A stretch of DNA of 64,000 nt from Octopus sinensis (GCF_006345805.1 NC_043013.1:2542001-2606000); one strand, 5' to 3'; counted from the first letter of the stretch, positions 12,803 to 25,925 are shown. Notes: generated by a model from the sequence alone, not told the origin. Made by a program: numbers and translations.

Positions 12803-13184
12803 GTGAGTGGAGACAGCTCTTGAGGTATCTGAATTGCTTCGTGGTTATTGTTGTTGTTGTTGTGTGTGTGTGTGTGTGTGTTAGTGTGTGTGTGTATGTG
12901 TGTGCATACACGTCTGTGTATTTGTGTCTGTATGTTCAGACCAGGAACCTCAATGGAGAGCTCCTGGAATCCCGGGAATGTCTTACAACTCTTCGCAGTA
13001 ATTCTAATCGATTCTATTGAGAGTCAGATGGCTCTGCACAGTTTTCCCTTTGGTGTGTGTGTGTATGTGTGGGGGTGTGTGTTGTGAATATGAGTGTGTG
13101 TGTGTGTTGGTGTATGTAAACCTCAAAATTTCTAGATTTATTTACAGGTATATTGCTTTATATATGCATGTATGTACGTATGTA

Positions 13185-13243
<59 letters not shown>

Positions 13244-13543
13244 TCTATCGTTATCTTTTACTTGTTTCAGTCATTAGACTGCGGCCATGCTGGGGCACTG
13301 CTATGAATTTTTTGTGGAACGAATCGACCCCAGTACTTATACTTTAAGCTTGGTACTTACTCTATCGGGCCCTTTTGCCGAACTACTAAGTTACAGGAGC
13401 GTAGACACACCAACACCGGTTGTAAAGCGGTAACGGTGGGACAAACACAGACACATACACATAGATATACATACATAAATAATACATATATATATATATA
13501 TATATAATATATATACATGCATACATACACACACACACATACA

Positions 13544-13586
<43 letters not shown>

Positions 13587-13667
13587 TATATATAAAAATA
13601 CAAAATGGGACAAGAACGCAAAACATTCAAATAGACGATACAAAAAACACGGACGGGACATTCGAAG

Positions 13668-13751
<84 letters not shown>

Positions 13752-13769
13752 TAAATATATATATATGTA

Positions 13770-14023
13770 TCACGTTCGTAAGAGCGTGGGTTCGATTTCC
13801 GGACCGGGTAGTGGATTGTATTCTTGAGAAAAACATTTCATCTCACGTTGCACTCCGAACTGATCACTTCTACATCTGGTGTGTGATGCATCTGAAGTGC
13901 ACCTGTACAGGTAATGACTATTTGATGGAGTGGGCCAACTAATGTACAACACAAACATTTGATCACAATAAACAAATCTTTTGTGCAGGTCGTTCAACGG
14001 TAAATTGCGGAACCGTCTTCTAC
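13770..14023 (+). mobile_element. CORE-like SINE variant (homologous to 29395-29650)
   Basis: GGTTCGATTTCC B box and TTCTTGAGAAAAACATTTCATCTCACGTTG CORE-like block. Shares the GCGGAACCGTCTT end with the 29.4 kb copy. Confidence 0.7.
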
Positions 14024-14084
14024 GAATTCGAGAAGGTATTATTACACGTGCTCGCGCGCGTACATAGTCTTGAATCCACTCACA

Positions 14085-15190
14085 CATATACATACATGCA
14101 TACATACATACATACATACATACATACATACATACATACATACATACATGCATGCATGCATGCATGCATACATACATACATACATACATACATTCATACA
14201 TACATGCATGCATGCATACATACATACATACATGCATGCATACATATATACATACATACATACACACATACATACATACATACATGCATACATACATACA
14301 TACATGCATGCATGCATGCATACATAAATACATACATACATACATACATACATACATGCATGCATACATACATACATACATACATACATACATACATACA
14401 TACATACATACATACATGCATACATACATACATACATACATACATACATACATACATGCATACATACATACATACATACATACATGCATACATGCATACA
14501 TGCATACATACATACATACATACATACATACATACATACGTGCATACATACATACATACATACATACATACATACATGCATACATACATACATGCATACA
14601 TACATACATACATACATACATACATACTACATACATACATGCATACATACATACATACATACATACATACATACATACTACATGCATACATACATAATGC
14701 ATACTACATACATACATACATACATACTACATGCATGCATAACATACATACATACATACATACATACATACATACATACATACATGCATACATACATACA
14801 TACATACATACATACATACATGCATACATCATACACATACATACATACATGCATACATACAATACATACATACATACATACATACATACATACATACATA
14901 CATGCATGCATGCATACATACATACTACATACATATACATACATGCATACATACATACATACATACAGCATACATACATACTACATACATACATACATGC
15001 ATACATACATACATACATACATACATACATACATGCATACATACATACATACATACATACATACATACATACATACATGCATACATATATACATACATAC
15101 ATACATACATACATACATACATACATGCATACATGCATACATACTACATACATACATACATACATACATACATTCATGCATACATGCATG
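14085..15190. repeat. About 1.1 kb (CATA)n array with CATG variants
   Basis: Direct reading; produces the HTYI/MYVC pseudo-ORFs. Confidence 0.97.
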
Positions 15191-15302
15191 AGTGTTACTG
15201 GTAATATAGAATCCAGTAAAACCTGTTGCACGGTAGGGTTGTCGTTGACTAAACAGGCACCGCCATGAGGCTTTCCTGGTGATTATAAAAAAAATTCTGT
15301 AG

Positions 15303-15472
15303 CATTTTACACGTGGAAGGGCGGGGGAAGCTAAGCGATTCTCATTCATATTTTGAATTTGGTGGTGCTAACATTGAACATGATCGGCCTATTGCCGTTA
15401 TGTGGAAAGATTCGTTCAAATGTTCTAGTACCTTCGAATTATCACAGAAAATCCATGCTGACGAAGAATATG
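15303..15472 (+). other. Candidate coding exon (170 nt, phase 2 to 1)
   Basis: TTCTGTAG acceptor and G|GTTAGT donor. Open frame ILHVEGRGKLSDSHSYFEFGGANIEHDRPIAVMWKDSFKCSSTFELSQKIHADEEY, with in-frame stops just outside both splice sites. Confidence 0.45.
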
Positions 15473-15903
15473 GTTAGTGAAGTATATTTTTTTAATATTC
15501 TTTATGAAAAAAACCTAATTCAGAAACGGGGTTCCATGGACGATCAGATATTGATTGATTTTCGTTACTTTACTTTCTGCCTGTGTGATTAACCTTCAAG
15601 TATTTTGGTTTCTCTGGAAGACCCTTTTTAAAGTAGAAGAAATGGCTAGGATTTTTGGCTGCTATTTCTGAACTTCGGTGTGTGGTGAGGCAATTCTTTG
15701 CTGAACCCTTTTTATTAGTATATATATATACATATATACAAATAAGAAAATGGAGGAACAAATTCATTTCAATCATCCACTTACAGATATTACCAGTTCA
15801 TATTATTTATCAACTATATAAATAGGAACATCCAAATCGAACAAAACAATATACATCAATATGCAAGATAATAATACCACCCTCATAACCCCTATTTTAC
15901 TTT

Positions 15904-15955
<52 letters not shown>

Positions 15956-16180
15956 CATACCTGTATGTGCGTATGTGCACAGTATGTAAGTATGTGTGTT
16001 TGTGTGAGTTTCTGTGTCAGCTGGCGTAAACCGATGTGTCGAGTTACGTTCCTTTTGAACCAAAGTCACCATTTAAACGTTCGATAAGTAAAGATCAACA
16101 AAATATCCCTTGAAGGCTGTGATCCAGAATGACCTCATTTCAATAACTGAAAGCAGTAAAAGAATTATATATTATATATG

Positions 16181-16411
16181 TTTCTTTATTACCCACAAGG
16201 GGCTAAACACAGAGGGGACAAACAAGGACAGACAAACGGATTAAGTCGATTACATCAACCCCAGTGCGTAAATGGTACTTAATTTTATCGACCCCGAAAG
16301 GATGAAAGGCAAAGTCGACCTCAGCGGAATTTGAACTCAGAACGTAACGGCAGACGAAATACCGCTAAGCATTTCGCCCGGCTAGCTAACTGTTCCGCCA
16401 GCTAGCTGCCT
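16181..16411 (-). mobile_element. SINE family B (B1 tail)
   Basis: Closely matches the 10549-10780 and 34226-34457 copies. Confidence 0.9.
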
Positions 16412-17117
16412 TTTTTCTTTTTTCTTTTTATCCTCAGATAAATAATGGGTGTTTGTCCATCTTGGAAGGTCAAAGTGGTACATGATTTATCATCACTGGA
16501 TTTATATATTATATATAGGCTATGTTCTTTAGTGCATCTTTCCTTCTTTCAAAGTCGGTAGGGAATTTTTTGTGGGTATATCTAGCGTGTTGAATGACCT
16601 CATTCAGGTTCCTTCTCTGGCTCGCATATTATTGTAATTGTTGTGTGGTCCTAGGTTGGCTTGGATCAAGCGAGTCTGTAATCAAAGAGGCTCCAGTAGT
16701 GACGGCTAGGTCTTATTTTCAGAGAAGGGTATCAATGATTGTTATCGATCACGTCATATTTAATATGGCAAAGGTAAAACCTGGGGAGAAGGGATTTGGT
16801 TGCTATTTGTAGAAGGTCAAGCGACCGCCCATCGACTCTCTAGCTTCAGCTACTGCTATTGTTGTTGTTGTTGTTTAACCGCATGGCATCCGAACTCTGA
16901 TCCGTAGCCCTATGATTAGAGGCATTCCTGTCGTGTTCATCCAGTATCCCTATATGTCAAAGGGCACCCAGAATCACAATGGTCTAATACGATCCTCTTT
17001 AAGATACGGGATTGTAGTTATAGGGAAGTTTGGTCGGTTGGTTGAATAACAACATAGAAATTCCCTCGTTGACTCAATGTGGTATTTGTTAATGTTATTC
17101 TTGTTGTGTGTCCTCGC

Positions 17118-17273
17118 GTCAGTCTTGACGAACCAGTAGGTGCGACCCAGTCCCGATGAGTCAGTCTTGACGAGCCAGTAGGTGCGACCCAGTCCCGATG
17201 AGTCAGTCCTGACGAGCCAGTAGGTGCGACCCAGTCTTGATGAGTCAGTCCTGACGAGCCAGTAGGTGCGACC
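17118..17273. repeat. 42-bp tandem repeat (about 3.7 copies)
   Basis: Unit GTCAGTCYTGACGAGCCAGTAGGTGCGACCCAGTCYYGATGA, made of 28-nt and 14-nt subunits that share CAGTCYYGAYGAG. Confidence 0.95.
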
Positions 17274-17306
17274 TATAAACCCATTGTTCAAGATGTCACA
17301 TATGGT

Positions 17307-17657
17307 GCAGGCTTGGCTGTGTGGTAAGAAGTTTGCTTCCCTACACATGGTTCTGGGTTCAGTTCCACTGTGTGGCACCTTGGTCAAGTGTCCTCTACTA
17401 TAGCCTCGGGCCTAACCAAAGCCTTGTAAGTAGATTTGGCAGTCGGAAACTGAAAGAAGCTCGTCGTATAAGTGTGTGCGTGTGTGTGTGTCTTTGTGTA
17501 TGTGCTTGTCCACCCCCACTGCTTGACAACCGGTGTTGGTGCGTTTAAGTCCCCGTAAGATAGCGGTTCAGCAAAGGAGATAGATAAAATAAGTATCAGG
17601 CTTTACAAAAGTAAAGAAGTTCGACTAAATAGTCTAATGACTGAAACAAGCAAAAGA
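17307..17657 (+). mobile_element. SINE family A
   Basis: Both halves present, with a short internal (TG)n. Confidence 0.85.
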
Positions 17658-17789
17658 TGCAAGATACCGAGAGTTGGTTTTAATGGAGCTATAAAATATG
17701 GAAATGGAACCACATTACTTTTTAGTTTCTTTTTTTTTTTTTGTTTTCTGTTGTAATTTGCTTTCGTAAATCTACAGTTTCTTACGGTT

Positions 17790-18465
17790 TTCGTAACGGT
17801 CGTTCCTCGAAGTCTTGTGTATTCTGGCAGAGTGTCGGGAAATGCGGCACCCAAGAGGTTATTCCTTTTGCTGCTCTTTCATAGGGTTCTTTTTTTATGT
17901 TTATCTGGATCAACTGAAAGGTGCCCTCAGGACAGAGTTGCTGAAGAGTGGTGTTGGTGGGGATGCCTGTGTGTTTATGGATGAATATAAACAAGAGTAC
18001 ATTGCACCAAAAGGCAATGTGAGAGTTTCTCTCGTGGTAACTCCTGCAGTATAGTTTGTTCTAACAGAACATCCATGTTTAAGTGGGGTTAAATATTACT
18101 TCTTGGTATTAACACTGCCTCTGTCGCTAATGAACACAGACTTTGTAGTTGGGTCCAGTGGAGACAGAAGTTTGTTGCTGCAATAAAACTCAGCCTCTTG
18201 AATCCGTTTTTTTTTTTGAAATTTAAAAAAGATTTTAGTGTATCTGTTTCGTAGTGTAGTTGGTCTATAGTTCTGTATTCAATTGGTGATCTTGTGAAAC
18301 TCTGTCTTGTGTTCTTTGCGACGTATTGCGATTTGCTGAGAAGATCTTAGTGAGATGAAGCAGGGTTGATGTGATCCGTGATGATGACATCTCAAGCAGT
18401 GCCACGTGGGTGGCAGCGTTAGTAGAACTGCTAGTGTTAGATTTTGTTGATGATGCCATTGTTGT
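17790..18465 (-). mobile_element. Probable decayed LINE ORF (ORF1-like) remnant
   Basis: The A/C-rich minus strand gives protein-like reading with scattered stops (..RCHPRGTA*DVIITDHINPASSH*DLLSK..; ..KSVFISDRGSVNTKK*YLTPLKHG..). Family not identified. Confidence 0.35.
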
Positions 18466-19697
18466 TCAACTGCTGATCAAACCCGATTGACTATGCCTAT
18501 GACCAAAGGCATTTTCAACTCACAAGGTTCTGGTTGACCCGAATTTATGATAGCAGATGCCCCCTCCTACTCCCCCTTTTTTAAATGGCTTAGTCAGAGG
18601 AAGTAGGGTAGGCCGCTTCTGAAGATCTTAATGAATGGTAAAAGGAAGTTATCCCTCACATGGTAGAAATGGTCCCAAATACTTTCAACAAAGTAGTGGG
18701 CTCTTGCAAAACTTGCCAAAGGATCAGCCAGTGTTGTAAAACCGGGGCGAACAGCTTAACATCTAACAATGTCTGCGTCTATACCTTTATATTGCCCTGC
18801 TGTTCCTGTAGAGTTGTAGTACAGTCACAATGGCTTTATTGTAATAATTACAAAAACACCTCCAACAAAAAATCATCGGCTCCGTTCCCAATTCTTCCTT
18901 CTTTTCTCGCCTAATTTCCTCTCACCCTATACTTTGCACTTCTGACTCGTTATTCCTCTCTGCAACTCATTGCTCCTCTTTTTCCATTTTATATCTTTTG
19001 TTCTCTCTTTATCCTACCAACTCTTTCACTCTCTTTCATCTCTCAATTTTTTCTCACTCATCTCTAATTCTCTATCTCAATAATTAATAGTCTCTTTCCT
19101 TAAATCTCTGTCTGTCTGTCTGTATGTATGTCTCTCTCTCTCTCTCTCTCTCTCTCGATATTAAGCATTTCCTTCTCTCTTATTTTCCCTATCATCTCTC
19201 TCTCTCTCTCTCTCGCTCGCTCCCTCCCTATAATGATTCTGCTTTTCCTTTTCTCTGTCTTTCGTACTTGCTCTTCACTATCTCCCCAATTCTTCATTTT
19301 GTAATCTATTCACCCTCCTCTTCTGCATCCCATTGACCTCCTCCTCTCCTCCACATCTTCTCTTGTACTTACTCACCCTGTCCCTACATCTACGGAAACC
19401 TCCTACCTTCTCATTCACCAACTCTTCCTTTTCCTCAACGACTAAATCCTGCTCCTCCCTATCCTCTCTCCTTCCCCTCCTACACTCGTCCTAGTGGCAT
19501 TTCCACCATCTCCTCCCACCATCGTCACATACCTACTCCCACTATTGCTATCCTCTTTCTTTCGCTCCCCCTCTCTATTACACTTTGTCTTTTCTGACTT
19601 TGTACTTCTATCCTTCATCCTTCCTTCCCTATCCGTGCCACTTTGTACTCAAATCCCCCAAACACTGAAGCGCGCCCACAAAAACATACACGTAGAT

Positions 19698-19762
<65 letters not shown>

Positions 19763-20027
19763 CACTCACAGTCGCTTTCATCATTCTCACAGCCGTTACA
19801 CCAAACACCTTCTATGCCGCCATCCTTACGATCTACACCAAGAACCAAACCACCACATCCCACACACCTACCATCTCAACCAGGCACAATCACCACATCT
19901 CAATCACATCAAGCACACACACACACACACGCACACACGTGTGTGTGTGCATAAACTTATTTTACTTTCTCATTCATTGAACTGCAACCATGCGGGTCAC
20001 CATGTGTATATGTATGTTTGCGTGCAT

Positions 20028-20060
<33 letters not shown>

Positions 20061-20234
20061 CATACATTTATACACGCAAACACATGTGTATCCATACACA
20101 CACACACATATGTACATACGTACACACACACCATGCACATGTACGTACGCGTGTATGTACGTACGTATGTATGTATGTTTGTATGTATGTATGTATATAT
20201 GAATGCGTATGTGTGTATTTATGTGTGTATATGC

Positions 20235-20284
<50 letters not shown>

Positions 20285-20813
20285 AAGACACAGAAATATG
20301 AATATTCATAAATTTATGTGTATGTACAGAGACGGCTATGAATACATACATACACAGACATATATGTATATATGTGTGTGAATGTGTGCGTGTGTGTCGG
20401 TGTGTGTGAGTGCATGACCGCCATAAGCAGCATATCGCATCAATACCGCCGCCGCCGCCGCCACCTTGCCTTGATTACCAGTATCACCAGCGCGACCATC
20501 CTCCTCTCCATCCACGCTTCGCTTTGCCTCGCTGCCCACGCAGGCAGCGTGTCCAATATTGATAGGCGCTGGCTGTCAAACAAGCAGCGAGACTGATATA
20601 ATAATACACCTCTGCATACATATACACACACTATACACACATTTACGTACAAATATATACACACAATTACACACGCATTCACATGTGCACACATACGTAC
20701 GTACGTACATACTAACACCCAATCACCCACCCACCCATGCTCACATACATACATACACACACACACACATACATGCATATATTCATCCGAATGTAAATTC
20801 CCACAACACGCAT

Positions 20814-20875
<62 letters not shown>

Positions 20876-21704
20876 GCACACTACAATATATTCGTATGCA
20901 GAACTAATACATACATACATACATACTTTCATGCATACATACATATATACATACTTTCATGCATACATACATACACACAAATGCACACACATACACACAC
21001 ACACACATATATATACACACATGAACAAATGCTTACACGCGCACACATATACACAGATACATAAACACACGCGCGCGCGCACACACACACACACATGCGC
21101 ACACGCGCACAAGAAGCATAAATATATGTGCATAGCTTCTTATAGGCGCATACACGTACACGTTGCACAAAAGCACGTAGAACCATGCGTACATACTCCA
21201 CGGCGCCAATTAGAGTATGTCATTCATGATATTTATCAGGAGGCCTGTCACTGGGTTTCATTTTGTTTTATGTAATTTATTTAACTTTTACTTTTTTGTT
21301 TACAAAAAAATAATCTGAATTGAAGAAAACGCATTTCTATAAACGATAAAAATAGTTGGGAATGTGTGAGTATGTTGGAGAATGAGAACAGCCTGCTGAC
21401 ACGGTTTCAACGCCTTTGATCAAAGGTCTCTTCCGTTGCGGCTGACCTGGGGTTGAACAAAGGCACTAGCAGCGACAATGACAGCAATGATAACGGTTTC
21501 GAATTTTGGCCGAAGGTGGAAAACGATTACATCGGCCTCAGTATTTGGTTGGTACTTACTTCGAAGTAAGTAAGGATGATAGGCAAAGTCGACCTCGGCT
21601 TAATTTGAACTCAGAACGTAACGACCAGACAAAATGCCGCCAAACATTTTCCCGGCATACTAACGGTTCTGTCAGTCTGCTTCCTTAATAATAATAATAA
21701 TAAT

Positions 21705-21950
21705 TAATTCGTTTATTGGCCACAAGGGCTAACAAAAATCAATTAAAAAAACAGGACAAAAAACAGGACGAAAGTTACAAACAGTTTTGTCCGTTTGAAA
21801 CAAAAGTCCGGGTACAAAAGCAGGATAACAACGTAATCTAAGTAACAATTAAAAACCCCTTAATAGGGGGAGGCGCTTCGAAAGGTTACTCGTGGAAAAA
21901 CCCATAAAAGCCACGGGAGTCTGGTCAAAAGGGGTGTAGAGAGTCCCTTT
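21705..21950 (-). mobile_element. 3' UTR-like end of a non-LTR element sharing its terminus with SINE B1
   Basis: The minus strand is T-rich and ends TTAGCCCTTGTGGCCAATAAACGAA followed by (TTA)n. Confidence 0.5.
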
Positions 21951-22329
21951 CTCCTTTTATATTTCCTTTTAATTTTTCGCAGGTGTATCCTCAGAATAAT
22001 TAGGGACTCTCCTGGCTTCTGATCTTAACTGATTGGAAATGTTTTCATGTACATGTTTTGTCTTGGTATAAAAGATGGGCTACAGCAAATATTCTGCTCA
22101 ATACCACAGATTTGCTTGTCAGTTGTTTGACCATAACCAGTTGAGCATATCACTTAGTGGCTGGCGATATGTGCATCTCTGATCATGAGCAAAAGTAGTG
22201 GGCGAGCATCATAGCCGTGTGTTGAGAGGGATTCTTAGAGGTTCGGATAATTCACCTTTGGAAACATGGGTGGTTCGTTCAACATCCTTAAACAACCCTT
22301 ATTCAGGGACCTTTTGAGAGGGATGGGTT

Positions 22330-22706
22330 TGACTGCGGCCATGCTGGAGCATCACCTTTCGTCGAGCAAATCGACCCCAGGACTTATTTTTTGTAGGCCT
22401 AGTACAAATTTTATCGGTCATTTTTGCCGAACCGCTAAGTTACGGAGACGCAAACACACCAACATCGGTTGTCAAGCGATGTTGGGGGGAGAAACACAGA
22501 CACACAAACATATATACACACACATACATATATACATATATACGACGGGCTTCTTTCAGTTTCCGTCTACAAAATCCACTCACAAGGCTTTGGTAAGCCC
22601 GAGGCTATAGTAGAAGACACTTGTCCAAGGTGCCACGCAGTGGAACTGAACCCGGAACCATGTGGTTGGTAAACAAGCTACTTACCACACAGCCAATCCT
22701 GCGCCT
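22330..22706 (-). mobile_element. SINE family A (extreme 3' end missing)
   Basis: Homology to the other A copies. Confidence 0.85.
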
Positions 22707-23020
22707 TAGTGGTTGTTATTGCTGTTGTGGTGGTTGCAACTGATGCTTTTGTTATTTTGATTCAGCTCAGAACTAGTCGAGCAGACTTAAAATCAATTGC
22801 ATTCTAACCGTGACCATCCTGCCTTTTGTGATATAGTTTTACATCAGAATGTCTTTCCTTCTATCGAGACGGTAGAGAGTGAATGGAGAAGTTTGCAGCT
22901 ATTTCTAGCAATTCAAACGATCGTTGTAGTGCATTTTTTAAAGAGCTGGGTCAGCTCTGATAGATCACAGATTGACCAAAAGTGTTCCACCCCTGTCCAG
23001 CTTGTTTGTTTTTTTTTTAT

Positions 23021-23347
23021 GTAACTGGGACTCCGTCAGTGACGACGACGGGTGTTCCAGTTAATCCTATCAACAGAACAGCCTGTTCGTGAAATTAACG
23101 TGCAAGTGCCTAAAAACTCCATAGACACGAGTGTTTTTAATGAAGGGTTCTCCGGGAGATTCACCGTGACACAGAATGTGACAAGGCTGGCCCTTCGAAA
23201 CACAGGTACTACTCATTTTTGCCAGCTGATTGGACTGGAGCAACGTGATATAAAGTGTCATGCTCGAAGATACAACGCGCCGCCGGGAATTGAACTCACG
23301 ACCTTACGATATTGAGCCAAATATCCTAATCACTAACCCATGCGCCA
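23021..23347 (-). mobile_element. CORE-like SINE family E
   Basis: Head with GAGTTCAATTCCC B box, CORE-like GAGCATGACACTTTATATCACGTTGCTCCAGTCC. Tail homologous to 25983-26288. Confidence 0.85.
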
Positions 23348-24285
23348 TTTTTTAATGTAGGATTACATTGATCAATATGACCTTCTTTTCCTTTGCGATG
23401 ATAGGGTGTGATTCGAGAGAATGTGGTTGCTACTTCTGCTGCTCGAACAGACACATAATTTCCATTGAGGTCAATACCATCCTCTCGCGGGATGGAGGCG
23501 TTAAGAGCTATGAACGATTGGCAAAATTATATTAAAGAGGAGAGTTATGAGCCATGACGTGGGTAAAGAGAAAAATTATACTAGAAGGTTTCTGGAAAGT
23601 CATTGGGTCATTTTATAAAATCATTATTGTCATTTGCGTCCCGGTGCCTTAGACTATTGCATGGTTGAAAGCTGGCTGTCACCGTTTATTTGTAATAAGA
23701 GTTTCATGTGTAAAACTAGTACTCTTAAATACCGAAGTTAGCATTTGAGCTGAACATTAGATTTAATTCTTAGCAATTGCCTTTTGTTACAATAATTTCT
23801 TCAGTTCAAATGTGAAAGAGAGTCAGTTGTGCAAGTTCAACCAGAAGTCATCCAGAATACGTTTTTCTGCAGTGAAAAAACAACAGCAACTGGAACAATA
23901 ACAACGGGAGTATTTCTCCTTGCGAATCTCTTCGACGGTTCTTATCAGACATAACAACAGACTAGAAAACGACATTCCTTAATTTTCTTAGATGTACATT
24001 ATTTATTAATATAATTAACATAATCATCAAGATATCCGACATTTTTCGTTAATATGATTAAAGTAAGAATAATTAAGATAGGAGACATTGTTTATTAATG
24101 GGATTTCTGCTGCTGCTGATGACAATCAGCAAGTTTTATACAATTTTTGGCTTCAGTTTTCATTAATGTAGTCGTCGTAAATCTCCGCGTCGCTCTTCGG
24201 TTTCTAGTTCTAGTTTTCGCCAATTGATAAATTTTTTTCCCGCCAGATAAGATTAAAGAAAAACAATAGCAGTAGCTCGGTTTCA

Positions 24286-24722
24286 GGATCTTTTCCGTTT
24301 GACCGGCAGTTTCTTAAAATAATTTCCACGTAACTAAACACTTTTAAACTTCGTATATTGGTAGAATGTGTTTATAAAACATCTTTTTCTCTTGGCTTTA
24401 TTGAGAAAATTCTATAGTTTGTAAGATATTTGTTGTTTTTTCTTCTTCAATTTCTGCAATTTCAACCAATCAATGACGTCTATTGAGGTAAAAAACATTC
24501 TGTGCCGTATGAATATGTCCCTCGTTTAAGAAACAGATTGGGTTTATTTACATTGGCAAAGAAAAAAAAGATACCCTTCCCCCAACCCCTAACCCTAACC
24601 CTAACTAACCCTAACCCTAAAACAGATTGAAATGCAATAGATCGATACTAGGGTCATAATTATGGGTGACAATTTCATATGACACCGCTAGAAAAAACTG
24701 TTTTATCAAACCGAAAAGATCC
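24286..24722. mobile_element. Merlin-like MITE (GGATCTTTTC TIRs, 8-bp TSD) containing (CCCTAA)n
   Basis: TIRs GGATCTTTTCCGTTTGA / TCAAACCGAAAAGATCC. Perfect TSD CGGTTTCA at 24278-24285 and 24723-24730. Internal blocks are shared with 7395-8555. Confidence 0.85.
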
Positions 24723-25518
24723 CGGTTTCATTCTGGTAGCCATATTTCGCATATAAGCCTTGATCCTCAAAGATCATCTTGACTTGATCTTCGTTTTGAA
24801 ATTCAATGATGCAGTTCAGTTATTGGTTCTGTTTTGAACACAAATGAGTACCAGTCCAGATATGCCTTCTTTGAAAGACGATCATGCATAAGTAGACGAT
24901 CGAATACAAAAGTACACACTTGAGCTGAGTAAAACGGTTTGATTCTCTGGAATCTTTTCTCCTTACAATAAGAATAAGAAAGTATAACAACCGTAGAATT
25001 TATACATACTAGCACCATTGGTAGAAATTTCGCTGTTATTTTGAAAACAATTAAATTCTTGGAAGTTAAAGCGTCATGGTGTAATCACGAAATAATAAAG
25101 AATCTTGAACTGATAAATTCTTTTGAAATGGCATTTTTTCTGAAGCGTTTGATTCTGGAGCTGGCAAGAAAGGAGTCACATATGGAATGCTGAAGCTTCA
25201 ACTTTTGAAGAGAGCATCTTTGAAGACAATATTCTTTGTTATGTCGTCTGTTCTACCTTAGAGTTGCTATATATTGCTTTGCATTAAGATATGAACACAT
25301 TCTAGAGAGAGTGACATACAATTATTCATTATTCAAACGACTGAAAATTACTGAAAATGTGTTGAAAGGACGTGTATATAGCAAATACTTTAAACAATCT
25401 TAGCTAGATATGGTAATGCTTTAACCTATTTTAATACTTATCATAGAGAAAAGTGCATACGGTTGGACTTGAACCCATGATCCTAGTAAAAGAAATACAG
25501 TAGCTGTCCCACTGAGCT

Positions 25519-25925
25519 CTCTTTCTCTCTTTTTTACTTGTTTCAGTCATTTGACTGCGGCCATGCTGGAGCACCACCTTTAATCGAGCAACTCGACCCC
25601 GGGACTTATTCTTTGTAAGCCCAGTACTTATTCTATCGGTCTATTTTGCCGAACCACTAAGTGACGGGAACATAAACACACCAGCATCGGTTGTCAAGCA
25701 ATGCTAGTGGGACAAACACAGACACACAAACACACACACGCATATAAATATATATATATACATATATACGACGGGCTTCTTTCAGTTTCCGTCTACCAAA
25801 TCCACTCACAAGGCTTTGGTCAGCCCGAGGCTATAGTAGAAGACACTTGCCCAAGGTGCCACGCAGTGGGACTGAACTCGGAACCATGTGGTTCGTAAGC
25901 AAGCTACTTACCACACAGCCACTCC
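25519..25925 (-). mobile_element. SINE family A, full length, young
   Basis: Near-identical to the reverse complement of 3985-4415. Confidence 0.9.

Noticed and set aside
13770-15268. Long ORFs of 200-400 aa (also 36422-37306 and 51559-51916)
   Set aside because: Pure translations of (CATA)n/(TATG)n, which lack stops in several frames.
17118-17273. CRISPR-like array
   Set aside because: The units are contiguous with no unique spacers, there are no cas genes, and the context is eukaryotic.
24583-24620. Chromosome end or telomere fusion site
   Set aside because: Only about 5 units, lying inside a TSD-bounded MITE.
24800-25270. hAT dimerisation-domain remnant on the minus strand
   Set aside because: Only faint motif resemblance after several assumed frameshifts; not enough to call.
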